From IMG/VR virus record IMGVR_UViG_3300046786_000099, positions 1 to 33,616 of that record: 33,616 bases of DNA, one strand, 5' to 3'. Each line of letters starts with the position of its first letter. The stretch's first letter is position 1. Shown here piece after piece: positions 25,531 through 33,101 of this stretch. The notes beneath the pieces were generated by a model. That model ran no database searches. It saw only the letters and a program-made list of their open reading frames with translations, and was not told where the DNA came from. Both the position numbers and the translations under genes were made by a program. The stretch comes from a virus (lineage: Duplodnaviria; Caudoviricetes).

Positions 25531-25782
25531 TTATTCAGTAGTTGGCTCTTCAGTTGTTGCAATAGGTTCATTGACCACCTGTGCAGGTTGACTATTCTTT
25601 AATTGCATTAGGTTGTTTAATTGCTCCAATGCAACATATTCAGCCGTATCTGGTTTGGCTTTCTTCAATGCGGCAGCAACTTCTTTAGCGTCTAGCGTGT
25701 TTATGTATCCGGCAGCCGCTTGCGCCAATGATTGGTAAGTGGTTGTTAAATGCTCAATAGCATCATCCAATTGTTTGCTCAT
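25531..25782 (-). CDS. Hypothetical protein
   Basis: 83-aa helical ORF with AAGGA RBS. Confidence 0.7.
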   Translation of the reverse strand: MSKQLDDAIEHLTTTYQSLAQAAAGYINTLDAKEVAAALKKAKPDTAEYVALEQLNNLMQLKNSQPAQVVNEPIATTEEPTTE

Positions 25783-25791
25783 AATTATTCC

Positions 25792-26193
25792 TTATTTAAA
25801 ACGTCTAAGTTTGTACATTGTCGAGTCGATTAAATCAGCAATCGCATCAACTAAATTTTGGATTTCTGGGTCAGTACCGAACAATGCTCTACCTTCAGTT
25901 AACTCCATACTTAAATATTCCATATATGCAAGTGGTGTCATTTGTTCGTATGATTCCGATTCAATTGGAAAATCACGCAATATGATTGTTGTTTTGCCTT
26001 GATATGCTTCAATCACATCATCAATCAAATCAGGAATATCGCTGTAATACATTCCTAATGCTTGATGGGCAGCATAGGATTCTGTCTGCCAGTGCATGAT
26101 GTGAGTAACAGTTGCGCTATGCAGCAAACACATTACCAAATCGGTTAGCGTTTCTTTTTCTTCAGGTTGTTCACCAATTTTAAACGTGACCAT
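25792..26193 (-). CDS. Ferritin/Dps-like four-helix protein (DUF5856-like)
   Basis: HIMHWQTESYAAHQALG.YY...DLIDDVIEAYQG and IQNLVDAIADLIDSTMYKL motifs. Confidence 0.75.
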   Translation of the reverse strand: MVTFKIGEQPEEKETLTDLVMCLLHSATVTHIMHWQTESYAAHQALGMYYSDIPDLIDDVIEAYQGKTTIILRDFPIESESYEQMTPLAYMEYLSMELTEGRALFGTDPEIQNLVDAIADLIDSTMYKLRRFK

Positions 26194-26194
26194 G

Positions 26195-26485
26195 TCAATC
26201 CTTTGTTTGATTCAGTATTTCTAGCCAAGCAGCTTCAGGCGAATTTACCACAGCAACTTGCCCTTTCCAATCATAATGCCAAATGCGCTGTTCAGGCGTT
26301 AAATTTTGCGCTGATAACGGTTTTGCGCCATCTTTTAACTCTAAAAGTACGTTTCGCCCTTTGTATCCACAGACTAAATCGGGAAAACCTTTGCCAGTGC
26401 TACTGGTAATGCTCACAGACACGCCTTTATCACGCAAAAATCGCACAATTTGCTTTTGGTTGTCATCTATTCGGGCGATTCTCAT
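26195..26485 (-). CDS. VRR-NUC / PD-(D/E)XK nuclease (Holliday junction resolvase-like)
   Basis: GKGFPDLVCGYKG...LLELKDG...LTPEQ..WH..WKGQVAVVNS. Confidence 0.8.
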   Translation of the reverse strand: MRIARIDDNQKQIVRFLRDKGVSVSITSSTGKGFPDLVCGYKGRNVLLELKDGAKPLSAQNLTPEQRIWHYDWKGQVAVVNSPEAAWLEILNQTKD

Positions 26486-26663
26486 ACCATTTTATCCTTT
26501 TTTCGATCTTTTCTTGATCGGTTTGTATGTACATCTGGCAAGCATGATCTTTAATTAATGCATAAAAAGTAACGAACTTTTCTTTCATGCATCTACCCAA
26601 ACCAATCTGTGCATGGCTTGGGTAAGGTTTAATAGCTATATGTTCACATTCAATACACTTCAT
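26463..26663 (-). CDS. Small Cys-containing hypothetical protein
   Basis: CIECEH...GRC...HAC; overlaps both neighbours. Confidence 0.6.
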   Translation of the reverse strand: MKCIECEHIAIKPYPSHAQIGLGRCMKEKFVTFYALIKDHACQMYIQTDQEKIEKRIKWYENRPNR

Positions 26664-27339
26664 TTTTCATTGCGTCTTTTGCCATTGATAATTGTATATG
26701 CGTTAATGTTTTATCACCATCTTTTTCACGTTGCAATATTACCTTTGCCCATCTTTTATGATCTGTTTTAGATTCCTGCTTTTTAATGATCTGCGTTTCT
26801 GCTAGATACTTGTCGGCAACATCCTTTGTGGCAGGCGTAGCAGGCGCAGGTAAGGCGATCTGAGCTTGTGGTATGTCTGCCCATTGACCATTGTTTATTT
26901 CTTCATTTAAGGCACGTTCCCACCTTGCCTTGATGTTGCTGTACGTCTGGTTCTTCAAATCAAATGAACCAATCTTAGTGGTTGCCCAAAATATAGCCGG
27001 ATGCGACCACTCGCCCATTTCGCCTTTCTCACGAGCAATCACGCCATTCAATGCTTCATAGTAAGCAGCAACCGCATCAATTTCTATACGGCATAACTTT
27101 ATAAACTGCGGTAATGATGGGCAATATTCCTGATTGACTAATGAATTTGCGCCTTTTGCAATTTCATCACGAGATAGTTTGGATAATTCTTGTGTCCATA
27201 CTGCCTTTACATGGTTTATATCTGAATCACCCCACATCAATTTAAATTTATTGCCATAGAAATTCGCCATCTTTATGAATAAGGCATCAATCCATGATGT
27301 AGGAATTTGATTATTCTGCATCGATTGTAAATTGCTCAT
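26650..27339 (-). CDS. Replication protein P-like helicase loader
   Basis: LFIKMANFYGNKF..MW...W.QEL...CPSLPQFIKLCR, WSHPAIFWA; directly after the initiator gene. Start set at MSNLQ. Confidence 0.7.
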   Translation of the reverse strand: MSNLQSMQNNQIPTSWIDALFIKMANFYGNKFKLMWGDSDINHVKAVWTQELSKLSRDEIAKGANSLVNQEYCPSLPQFIKLCRIEIDAVAAYYEALNGVIAREKGEMGEWSHPAIFWATTKIGSFDLKNQTYSNIKARWERALNEEINNGQWADIPQAQIALPAPATPATKDVADKYLAETQIIKKQESKTDHKRWAKVILQREKDGDKTLTHIQLSMAKDAMKNEVY

Positions 27340-28096
27340 CTTTAACGCCCTTTCCATAAATTTGCTCGTAGAATTCCCTTGTCTTACGTTCTTTTTCTGT
27401 TTCTACTGGTTTAGATTCAGTAATTTCATCTTCCCAACATTTCTGGTTTAACCAAGTTGCCGGATGTTTTCGATATTTCTTATCAGGCGTATTTCTCACA
27501 TAAGCATGAACGGCATGAAGTATTGTTATAAGCAATCCATCATCAACACCAATCTGCTTCCATGCCTTTTGCGCCATTGGTTTTGATTTCTTATGATCGT
27601 ATGCAGACCAAAAATCCTCAAAACCTAAAAGTCGATCATTACTTTTGGATTCAGGAATCAATAAGAGGGAATCAGGATTCAGTAAGAGGGAATCAGCCGG
27701 AGTAGTTCCGTCTTTATCACGATTAATCGTGATATTTTGTATCTCATTGTTTTTTAAATACTTTTCATCATAATCAGGAATGTCTGTGCCTGCTTCTCGT
27801 TCGTTCTTATGTGGGTTTTGATGCTTCTCAAAATTGATGATTTTTATGTACTGGTTGCCTTGAACCGAGTACAACCGAATCAATCGTGATTTATCAAGAG
27901 CATTCACGATTTTTTCAATATCGCAATCATCATAAGGCAGGATTTGAATTTTTAACCGTTTTGGTCTGTACTCGATACAACCTTGATAATTGGCAATAGT
28001 CCACATACCAATAAATGCCAATCTGGTTATTGGTGATAATTCGCCCAATTCTTCATTTTGAAAAAATGATGGTTTTATGTTTCTTGATCTAGCCAT
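27311..28096 (-). CDS. Phage replication initiator (lambda O-like / replisome organiser)
   Basis: MARSRNIKPSFFQNEELGEL...RLAFIGMW, INFEKHQNPH; C-terminal FEDFWSAY.HK..K..A.KAW...HPATWLNQKCWEDE; internal repeats. Start set at 28096. Confidence 0.85.
   Translation of the reverse strand: MARSRNIKPSFFQNEELGELSPITRLAFIGMWTIANYQGCIEYRPKRLKIQILPYDDCDIEKIVNALDKSRLIRLYSVQGNQYIKIINFEKHQNPHKNEREAGTDIPDYDEKYLKNNEIQNITINRDKDGTTPADSLLLNPDSLLLIPESKSNDRLLGFEDFWSAYDHKKSKPMAQKAWKQIGVDDGLLITILHAVHAYVRNTPDKKYRKHPATWLNQKCWEDEITESKPVETEKERKTREFYEQIYGKGVKDEQFTIDAE
27648..27734. repeat. Iteron-like 21-bp tandem repeats and a perfect 20-bp palindrome (putative phage ori)
   Basis: TCAGGAATCAATAAGAGGGAA and TCAGGATTCAGTAAGAGGGAA at 27651 and 27672; TATCACGATTAATCGTGATA at 27715-27734. 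Confidence 0.7.
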
Positions 28097-28304
28097 TATC
28101 ATCATCCTCATCAACTTCATCAACAACACCATCATTCCACAAATAAGTAATTGCACCTATATTTTCATCAACCCATTTTTGTATTGATCTAAATTGATCT
28201 AATGTTAAATAAACAAAATTTTCTTCACTTGTGGTTTGTCTTAATATAATTTTTCCATAAACAGTAATACCAACTTCAACTGCATCAATTTCTTTAAGTT
28301 TCAT
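28089..28304 (-). CDS. Hypothetical acidic protein
   Basis: MKLKEIDAVEVG...; start at 28304. The longer ORF-track start runs through the RNA hairpin. Confidence 0.65.
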   Translation of the reverse strand: MKLKEIDAVEVGITVYGKIILRQTTSEENFVYLTLDQFRSIQKWVDENIGAITYLWNDGVVDEVDEDDDNG

Positions 28305-28316
28305 TTTGTTTTTCCC

Positions 28317-28420
28317 AAAAAAAAACCCTAAGACTGGATTCTCATTCTTTCGAATGTTGGCAGACAAGTAGGCACTTGCAGAATCCAGACTTAGGGTTGC
28401 CTATTTACGCTGCCAAGCGC
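28317..28420 (-). ncRNA. Structured leader / attenuator RNA upstream of the replication genes
   Basis: 19-bp stem AACCCTAAGTCTGGATTCT/AGAATCCAGTCTTAGGGTT (one mismatch) ending in a U-tract, with two internal hairpins and upstream segments complementary to the loops. Confidence 0.7.
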
Positions 28421-28433
28421 ATTAATTCATTTA

Positions 28434-28462
28434 ATTATATCAAGCAACAACAAGAATACCAA
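28434..28462 (-). promoter_or_regulatory. Sigma70-type promoter driving the structured leader
   Basis: TTGGTA-17 bp-TATAAT with extended -10 TG. Confidence 0.65.
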
Positions 28463-28739
28463 GTTGAAGCATAGCAAGCAAAGTACGTTCAAACCCTTGC
28501 TGCCAATAATGCTGTTTATCTTGTTTGCTCATCTTGCCCATATCTATTTCAGCATGGCAACTACTACAACACCAAGCAATAAAGCAATCGTGTGCCTTGA
28601 TGCCCATGCCCTTGCCATGCGTTAATTGGTTGCTGTGGGCAGCCACAGTTGTTTCATTGTTCCCATTACATATATTGGGTATTTGAACCATGCATGACTG
28701 CCCTTTTGCCGCCTTTAACAGTTTATTACTGCGAAACAT
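28440..28739 (-). CDS. DUF1364/YbcO-like putative nuclease
   Basis: AAKGQSCMVQIPNICNGNNETTVAAHSN...GKGMGIKAHD...AWCCSSCHAEID. Start set at MFRSNK. Confidence 0.85.
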   Translation of the reverse strand: MFRSNKLLKAAKGQSCMVQIPNICNGNNETTVAAHSNQLTHGKGMGIKAHDCFIAWCCSSCHAEIDMGKMSKQDKQHYWQQGFERTLLAMLQLGILVVA

Positions 28740-28959
28740 TGGCACGAATAAAGCCTGCAATGGTTCTATCGTGCTGATCTTCTAACAGCGATTCCATCTT
28801 AATTGCACCATCACTACCAAATTCAATTGCCGCAGCACTAGCAAAAGTTATTTTCTTTTTGCCTGTACGCAATCTTGATATTTCAGGCGGTGAAATACCT
28901 GATTTATCTGCCAATCGTTTTGCTGCGCCATGCTCTTTAAGAAATTCATTTAAATCCAT
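28726..28959 (-). CDS. Cro/YdaS-like HTH transcriptional regulator
   Basis: LNEFLKEHGAAKRLADKSGISPPEISRLRTGKKKI...AAAIEFGSDGAIKMESL; GAGGG RBS fits ATG 28959. Confidence 0.8.
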   Translation of the reverse strand: MDLNEFLKEHGAAKRLADKSGISPPEISRLRTGKKKITFASAAAIEFGSDGAIKMESLLEDQHDRTIAGFIRANVSQ

Positions 28960-29317
28960 TTTCATACCCTCTCTTGTTTCTAAAAAGTTTAGCTTCATAA
29001 CCCTTTAATTCAGGCGTAAAAATATTGCGATAAGCAGGTTGTACTAAATCTTTAGGTTTGTAATTACCTTCCATTTTTAGCACTGAATCAATGTGTGCTG
29101 CCACATCCGGCAAAACCTTATACTTATCGCCAACCATGTAAACATAGCCTGCATCTAAAGCATTATTGAAAAATTTATACATTTCAGATGGTGTGCCACG
29201 ACTACTTATGTTGCCTATTTCATTTAAAACATCGTTATAAGTTGCACCGCCTAATTCGTATATACATTCCAATAATGTAAACATTTTCATGCTGCGTCTA
29301 GGCATAACTCTTGACAT
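28946..29317 (-). CDS. Hypothetical protein (possible winged helix)
   Basis: First gene of the leftward arm; AAGGA RBS; helix-helix-helix-beta hairpin pattern. Confidence 0.7.
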   Translation of the reverse strand: MSRVMPRRSMKMFTLLECIYELGGATYNDVLNEIGNISSRGTPSEMYKFFNNALDAGYVYMVGDKYKVLPDVAAHIDSVLKMEGNYKPKDLVQPAYRNIFTPELKGYEAKLFRNKRGYENGFK

Positions 29318-29357
29318 TTTGTTTCCTTTTCATCAATTAAAAAATGATTCAAAGGCA

Positions 29358-29387
29358 ATTATTGTGCAATTCCCATCAAAAAAGCAA
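29358..29387 (-). promoter_or_regulatory. Candidate leftward early promoter
   Basis: TTGCTT followed after 18 bp by AATAAT in an AT-rich divergent intergenic region. Confidence 0.4.
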
Positions 29388-29435
29388 GTATTTTTGTAAT
29401 ATTTAAAAAAATGTACAAAATTAATCAAATAATGC

Positions 29436-29464
29436 TTGCGTAACCTACAATTATCAATTATTGT
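29436..29464 (+). promoter_or_regulatory. Candidate rightward early promoter
   Basis: TTGCGT-17 bp-TATTGT with an AT-rich upstream tract, followed by a CCGC...GCGG hairpin. Confidence 0.55.
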
Positions 29465-29513
29465 TCTTACATACCGCAGCAACTTAGCGGATTTTCAAAG
29501 TGAGGGAAATAAA

Positions 29514-29681
29514 ATGACAAATTACAAAATAATTAAAGATTTAGGCGAAACAGCATCAGGTCGTGAATATGTTATTTGGAATGTAATTGACGCAGATGCT
29601 ACGGATGGTTATGTATATGAAACATTCGATTTAAAGCGTGATGCTAAATATTGGATTGAACAAGCATTAAATAATAAATAA
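29514..29681 (+). CDS. Hypothetical early protein, 55 aa
   Basis: GAGGG RBS then ATG 29514 (MTNYKIIKDLG...). Confidence 0.7.
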   Translation: MTNYKIIKDLGETASGREYVIWNVIDADATDGYVYETFDLKRDAKYWIEQALNNK

Positions 29682-29828
29682 ATGATTCAATACGGCATCT
29701 TAGATGATGCAGGTAATGTTGTGCGATGGGTTTGGATTAAACCAACCTATCCGCACATTACCCGCAAAGTACCACGCAGGCGCAAAACTAAAATTGATCT
29801 ATCTAAATTTGAAACTGCGCCATATTAA
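29682..29828 (+). CDS. Hypothetical early protein, 48 aa (not in ORF track)
   Basis: MIQYGILDDAGNVVRWVWIKPTYPHITRKVPRRRKTKIDLSKFETAPY; abuts the upstream stop. Confidence 0.65.
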   Translation: MIQYGILDDAGNVVRWVWIKPTYPHITRKVPRRRKTKIDLSKFETAPY

Positions 29829-29838
29829 TTAAGCAACA

Positions 29839-30015
29839 TTCAATGTGAGGAAATAAAATGAAAATTAAAGTTTTTGTGTTATCTGATGAAGTTGATATTG
29901 TTGGCGTGTATTATAGTTATGAAGATGCTTTAGCTGATGCAAAAAAATACGATTTGTTTAATTTCACAATCGTAGAAAAAACCTTAAATTAATTTCAATG
30001 TGAGGAAATAAAATG
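29839..30015 (+). repeat. Exact 22-bp direct repeat TTCAATGTGAGGAAATAAAATG (leader + RBS + start)
   Basis: Copies at 29839-29860 and 29994-30015; variants at 29494, 30567, 31773 and 32043. Confidence 0.9.
29858..29992 (+). CDS. Hypothetical early protein, 44 aa (not in ORF track)
   Basis: GAGGA RBS; MKIKVFVLSDEVDIVGVYYSYEDALADAKKYDLFNFTIVEKTLN. Confidence 0.7.
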   Translation: MKIKVFVLSDEVDIVGVYYSYEDALADAKKYDLFNFTIVEKTLN

Positions 30016-30282
30016 CAAATCATCCCAATTCAAATGTCAGGCAGTTATAGAACTGGCACTCTTTCCAAATACACCAAAAAGCAAATTATCGAGATTCTAG
30101 GTTTTGAACCTAATGTTCAAGATGATGAAGAAAAAGTAGTTAATTCATGGGCGTTCATGGTTGATGGTGCTGAATGTGCCATTTGGGATTACAAGGGCAG
30201 CCATCATTACAATATCTGGTCTATTTATGATCCGCACAATGTTCTTTGCAACCTGTTTACATTGGAGAAATTCCCATGCTAA
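30013..30282 (+). CDS. Hypothetical early protein
   Basis: GAGGA RBS; 89-aa ORF. Confidence 0.75.
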   Translation: MQIIPIQMSGSYRTGTLSKYTKKQIIEILGFEPNVQDDEEKVVNSWAFMVDGAECAIWDYKGSHHYNIWSIYDPHNVLCNLFTLEKFPC

Positions 30283-30383
30283 ACAAATTATTAAATCCTA
30301 ATGATTGGTTGGCGCAGCACCCTAAAGTTTTGTTTGCATTAATTGCTTTATGTTTTTTAGTGGTTGCATATATGGAAGGATAA
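30276..30383 (+). CDS. Small membrane protein, 35 aa (not in ORF track)
   Basis: GGAG RBS; MLNKLLNPNDWLAQHPKVLFALIALCFLVVAYMEG. Confidence 0.6.
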   Translation: MLNKLLNPNDWLAQHPKVLFALIALCFLVVAYMEG

Positions 30384-30388
30384 AAATA

Positions 30389-30589
30389 ATGGTAACAAAG
30401 TCGAGCGAATTTATTTGGACAGGCGCAACAACCGACATCACGATTAGATGGAAATTGCTTTACGGTTGGATACCGCCTTCAGAAAACCCTGAAGTACAAA
30501 AAAAATGGGCAGAAGTTAGAACTTTATCTATTAAAGGCATTGAATCATTGAAAGATTTTAACAAAATCAAAGTGAAGGAAAATATATGA
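30389..30589 (+). CDS. Hypothetical protein
   Basis: AAGGA RBS before ATG 30389; FIW...TDI..RW...GWIPPSE. Confidence 0.7.
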   Translation: MVTKSSEFIWTGATTDITIRWKLLYGWIPPSENPEVQKKWAEVRTLSIKGIESLKDFNKIKVKENI

Positions 30590-31257
30590 AAGTTTATGAA
30601 TCAATTAATAAAGTACAAAAAGCATTGTCTGTAATGGGCATTAGTAAAAGCAACAAAAATCAGCAACAGGGATACAATTTTAGGGGCATTGATGATGTCT
30701 ATAACGCATTATCACCAATCCTTGCCGAATCTGGTTTGTGCATATTGCCACGTATGTTATCTCGTGAATGCAATGAGCGAATTACCCAAAAAGGCACAAC
30801 CTTGTTTTATGTAACGGTTGATGCTGAATTTGATCTTGTGTCTGCTGAAGATGGAAGCAAACATACAATCAAGACTTTTGGTGAAGCAATGGATAGTGGT
30901 GATAAGGCAACCAATAAAGCAATGTCTGCCGCTTATAAATACGCCTGTATGCAAGCATTTGCCATACCAACTGAAGGCGATAATGATGCTGATTTAACTA
31001 CGCAGCCAATGATAAAACCTGCCGCAGCAAAATCTGTTGCCCAAGATATATTCGACAAAATGTCATCCGCAGACCAAGAACAAATTCGAAATATCGCAAT
31101 GGAAATAATTGTAATGGCAAGTAAAAATGACATTGCCGGATGTGTCGAGTATGTCAAAAGTTTAGAACTAGATGCTGATTGGACTAGCGCACTATGGTCA
31201 CAATTAGATTCAAAAATTCGCAGCGCAATCAAAAAATATAAAGAGGAAAATAAATAA
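30586..31257 (+). CDS. erf: ERF-family single-strand annealing protein
   Basis: QGYNFRGIDDVYNAL and GEAMDSGDKATNKAMSAAYKYA...FAIPTEGDNDAD motifs. Confidence 0.88.
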   Translation: MKVYESINKVQKALSVMGISKSNKNQQQGYNFRGIDDVYNALSPILAESGLCILPRMLSRECNERITQKGTTLFYVTVDAEFDLVSAEDGSKHTIKTFGEAMDSGDKATNKAMSAAYKYACMQAFAIPTEGDNDADLTTQPMIKPAAAKSVAQDIFDKMSSADQEQIRNIAMEIIVMASKNDIAGCVEYVKSLELDADWTSALWSQLDSKIRSAIKKYKEENK

Positions 31258-31676
31258 TGGCAAGTTTAAATAAAGTTCACCTTATCGGAAATTTGGGGCA
31301 AGACCCAGATGTTCGTTATGCACCGTCTGGCGATGCTGTGGTTAATCTTAACCTTGCAACAACAAGCAAATGGAAAGATAAATCCAGTGGGCAAATGAAA
31401 GAAGAAACCGAATGGCATCGCATTTCTATATTTGGTAAAGCAGCCGAAGTTGCCGGACAATATTTAAAAAAGGGCAGTGCCGTATATGTTGAAGGCAAGA
31501 TTAAAAGTAAAAAATACACCGATAAACAAGGCATCGAACGTACTGCATTTGAAATTACTTGTGAAAACTTCCAAATGCTAGGTGGTAAAGCATCGGGCGA
31601 TAAGCCTGCGCCTAAACAAGAATCAAAGCCTGCGGATAACTATAACGAAAATATGGATGATCAGATACCGTTCTAA
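31257..31676 (+). CDS. ssb: Single-stranded DNA-binding protein
   Basis: LNKVHLIGNLGQDPDVRY, ETEWHRI, YLKKGSAVYVEGKI and acidic DDQIPF tail. Confidence 0.97.
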   Translation: MASLNKVHLIGNLGQDPDVRYAPSGDAVVNLNLATTSKWKDKSSGQMKEETEWHRISIFGKAAEVAGQYLKKGSAVYVEGKIKSKKYTDKQGIERTAFEITCENFQMLGGKASGDKPAPKQESKPADNYNENMDDQIPF

Positions 31677-31690
31677 TTTGACAACTTTAC

Positions 31691-31767
31691 GAGGGAAAGC
31701 GGATTCTGTTCGGTAAAATTCCGACTAGTAAAAAAATAAGATGCATTTTCAGTGAAGCGAGTACCTC
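31691..31767 (+). ncRNA. Putative structured RNA motif, copy 1
   Basis: GAGG-GAAAGCGGAT...GAAGCGAGTA-CCTC; covaries with copy 2. Confidence 0.6.
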
Positions 31768-31799
31768 ACCCATTCAATGCAAGAAATAAGGATAAAGAA

Positions 31800-31961
31800 A
31801 TGGATACATTAACACCAATAGTAATTATGGTTACATTTTTTGCAGCATGGCTTACCCACATATTTACCTGCTTTACTGGCGCTATGTGGGGCTTTCTGAT
31901 AGCGGGTGCGGTATTCTTCCCAGTAGGTATCCTACACGGCTTATACCTCTGGTTTAACTAA
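31800..31961 (+). CDS. Small two-TM membrane protein, 53 aa
   Basis: AAGGA RBS before ATG 31800; AAWLTHIFTCF...WGFLIAGAVFFPVGILHGLYLWF. Confidence 0.75.
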   Translation: MDTLTPIVIMVTFFAAWLTHIFTCFTGAMWGFLIAGAVFFPVGILHGLYLWFN

Positions 31962-31966
31962 TCAAC

Positions 31967-32036
31967 GGGCGAAAGCGGATGTTGGCGGCATAGCAAATGC
32001 GTGTCGAAAGTTACTTCCAAATGCAGCGATTAGCCC
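31967..32036 (+). ncRNA. Putative structured RNA motif, copy 2
   Basis: GGGC-GAAAGCGGAT...GCAGCGATTA-GCCC. Confidence 0.6.
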
Positions 32037-32058
32037 ACCTTATTCAATGCGAGGAAAT

Positions 32059-32397
32059 ATGAAACACATAATCACAGATGATGACGTAGAAAAAGCTTTA
32101 GATTATTTGCGAACCAATGCGCCTAAAGCAGCTCAGGCACGAGCAAATAAAATTTACATGGAAGAATATCGAAAGACGATTAAAGCGCAACAAATGGCGT
32201 TAAACGTATCTCAACCCGCTTATGCACAAGAACGTGAAGCATATAAATCTAAATCTTACACAGAACACCTTGCTGCATTAAAAGATGCTGTGTATCAAGA
32301 CGAATTAAACCGATGGGGTATGGTTGCAGCAACATCAACCATTGAAGCATGGCGCACTCAAAATGCTAACCGTAGAGGTGAAGGGAAATTACAATGA
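32059..32397 (+). CDS. Hypothetical helical phage protein
   Basis: GAGGA RBS before ATG 32059; AQEREAY...IEAWRTQNANRR. Confidence 0.75.
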   Translation: MKHIITDDDVEKALDYLRTNAPKAAQARANKIYMEEYRKTIKAQQMALNVSQPAYAQEREAYKSKSYTEHLAALKDAVYQDELNRWGMVAATSTIEAWRTQNANRRGEGKLQ

Positions 32398-32687
32398 CCG
32401 AAACATTTGAGGAGCGCAAAGCAGAATGGGAAAAATATCACAAAGACAATCCTATGGTTTGGCAATATTTTCAAAAATTTGCATTTGAAGCAATTGCCAA
32501 ACGTAGAAAAAAGATTAGTCATTGGTTAATTATTAATCGAATCCGTTGGGAAGTTTACATTGTGACCACTGGTGAAGAATTTAAAATTAGCAATAACTTT
32601 ATCGCTTTTTATGCTCGTTTATGGCAAGAAACATTTCCTGCACATAAAGAACTATTTAATACTAAACCAATGATAGGTGAGCTATGA
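32394..32687 (+). CDS. Hypothetical phage protein
   Basis: ATGA-coupled; YHKDNPMVW..F...SHWLIINRIRWE...FKISNNFIAFYARL. Confidence 0.75.
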   Translation: MTETFEERKAEWEKYHKDNPMVWQYFQKFAFEAIAKRRKKISHWLIINRIRWEVYIVTTGEEFKISNNFIAFYARLWQETFPAHKELFNTKPMIGEL

Positions 32688-32869
32688 ATATAAAAGATTT
32701 TGAAAAATTAATTTCTGAAATTAAAGGCTTTAGCGAACAAGAAAAAAAATTATTAATTCTTAGTTTTGATTTAGGATTTGCGGCAGGACAAAAAGATATG
32801 CAAGAACTAATGTGGGCAGAAGAATTAAAATCTTTTAACGATATATCTGGAAGGAAATATGATGCGTGA
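32684..32869 (+). CDS. Hypothetical protein
   Basis: ATGA-coupled 61-aa ORF with AGGTGAG RBS. Confidence 0.65.
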   Translation: MNIKDFEKLISEIKGFSEQEKKLLILSFDLGFAAGQKDMQELMWAEELKSFNDISGRKYDA

Positions 32870-33101
32870 CCCAATTTGGTTTAAAGAATTTGAGCGTGAA
32901 TATAATGAGCGTGAAGATAGAATTGCTGAAATTAAAGAACGTAATAATGGATTTTTAGATTCAAAAAGAAACCCAATAAAAAAAGAATGGGTAAGTTTAA
33001 CGGATGAGGAAATATGGCATTTGTCGCAATTCAATTGCGGAACAAGAGGTGAATTTGCTAGAGCTATTGAAACAAAGTTAAAGGAAAAAAACAATGGATA
33101 A
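32859..33101 (+). CDS. Hypothetical protein with KKEWV.LTD.EI...FA.AIETKLKEKN C-terminal module
   Basis: AAGGA RBS; C-terminus paralogous to the next gene. Confidence 0.7.
   Translation: MMRDPIWFKEFEREYNEREDRIAEIKERNNGFLDSKRNPIKKEWVSLTDEEIWHLSQFNCGTRGEFARAIETKLKEKNNG

Noticed and set aside
29839-30015. 22-bp direct repeats as a CRISPR array or att sites
   Set aside because: The repeats contain an RBS and ATG, the spacer is a 44-codon gene, and no cas or integrase gene is present.
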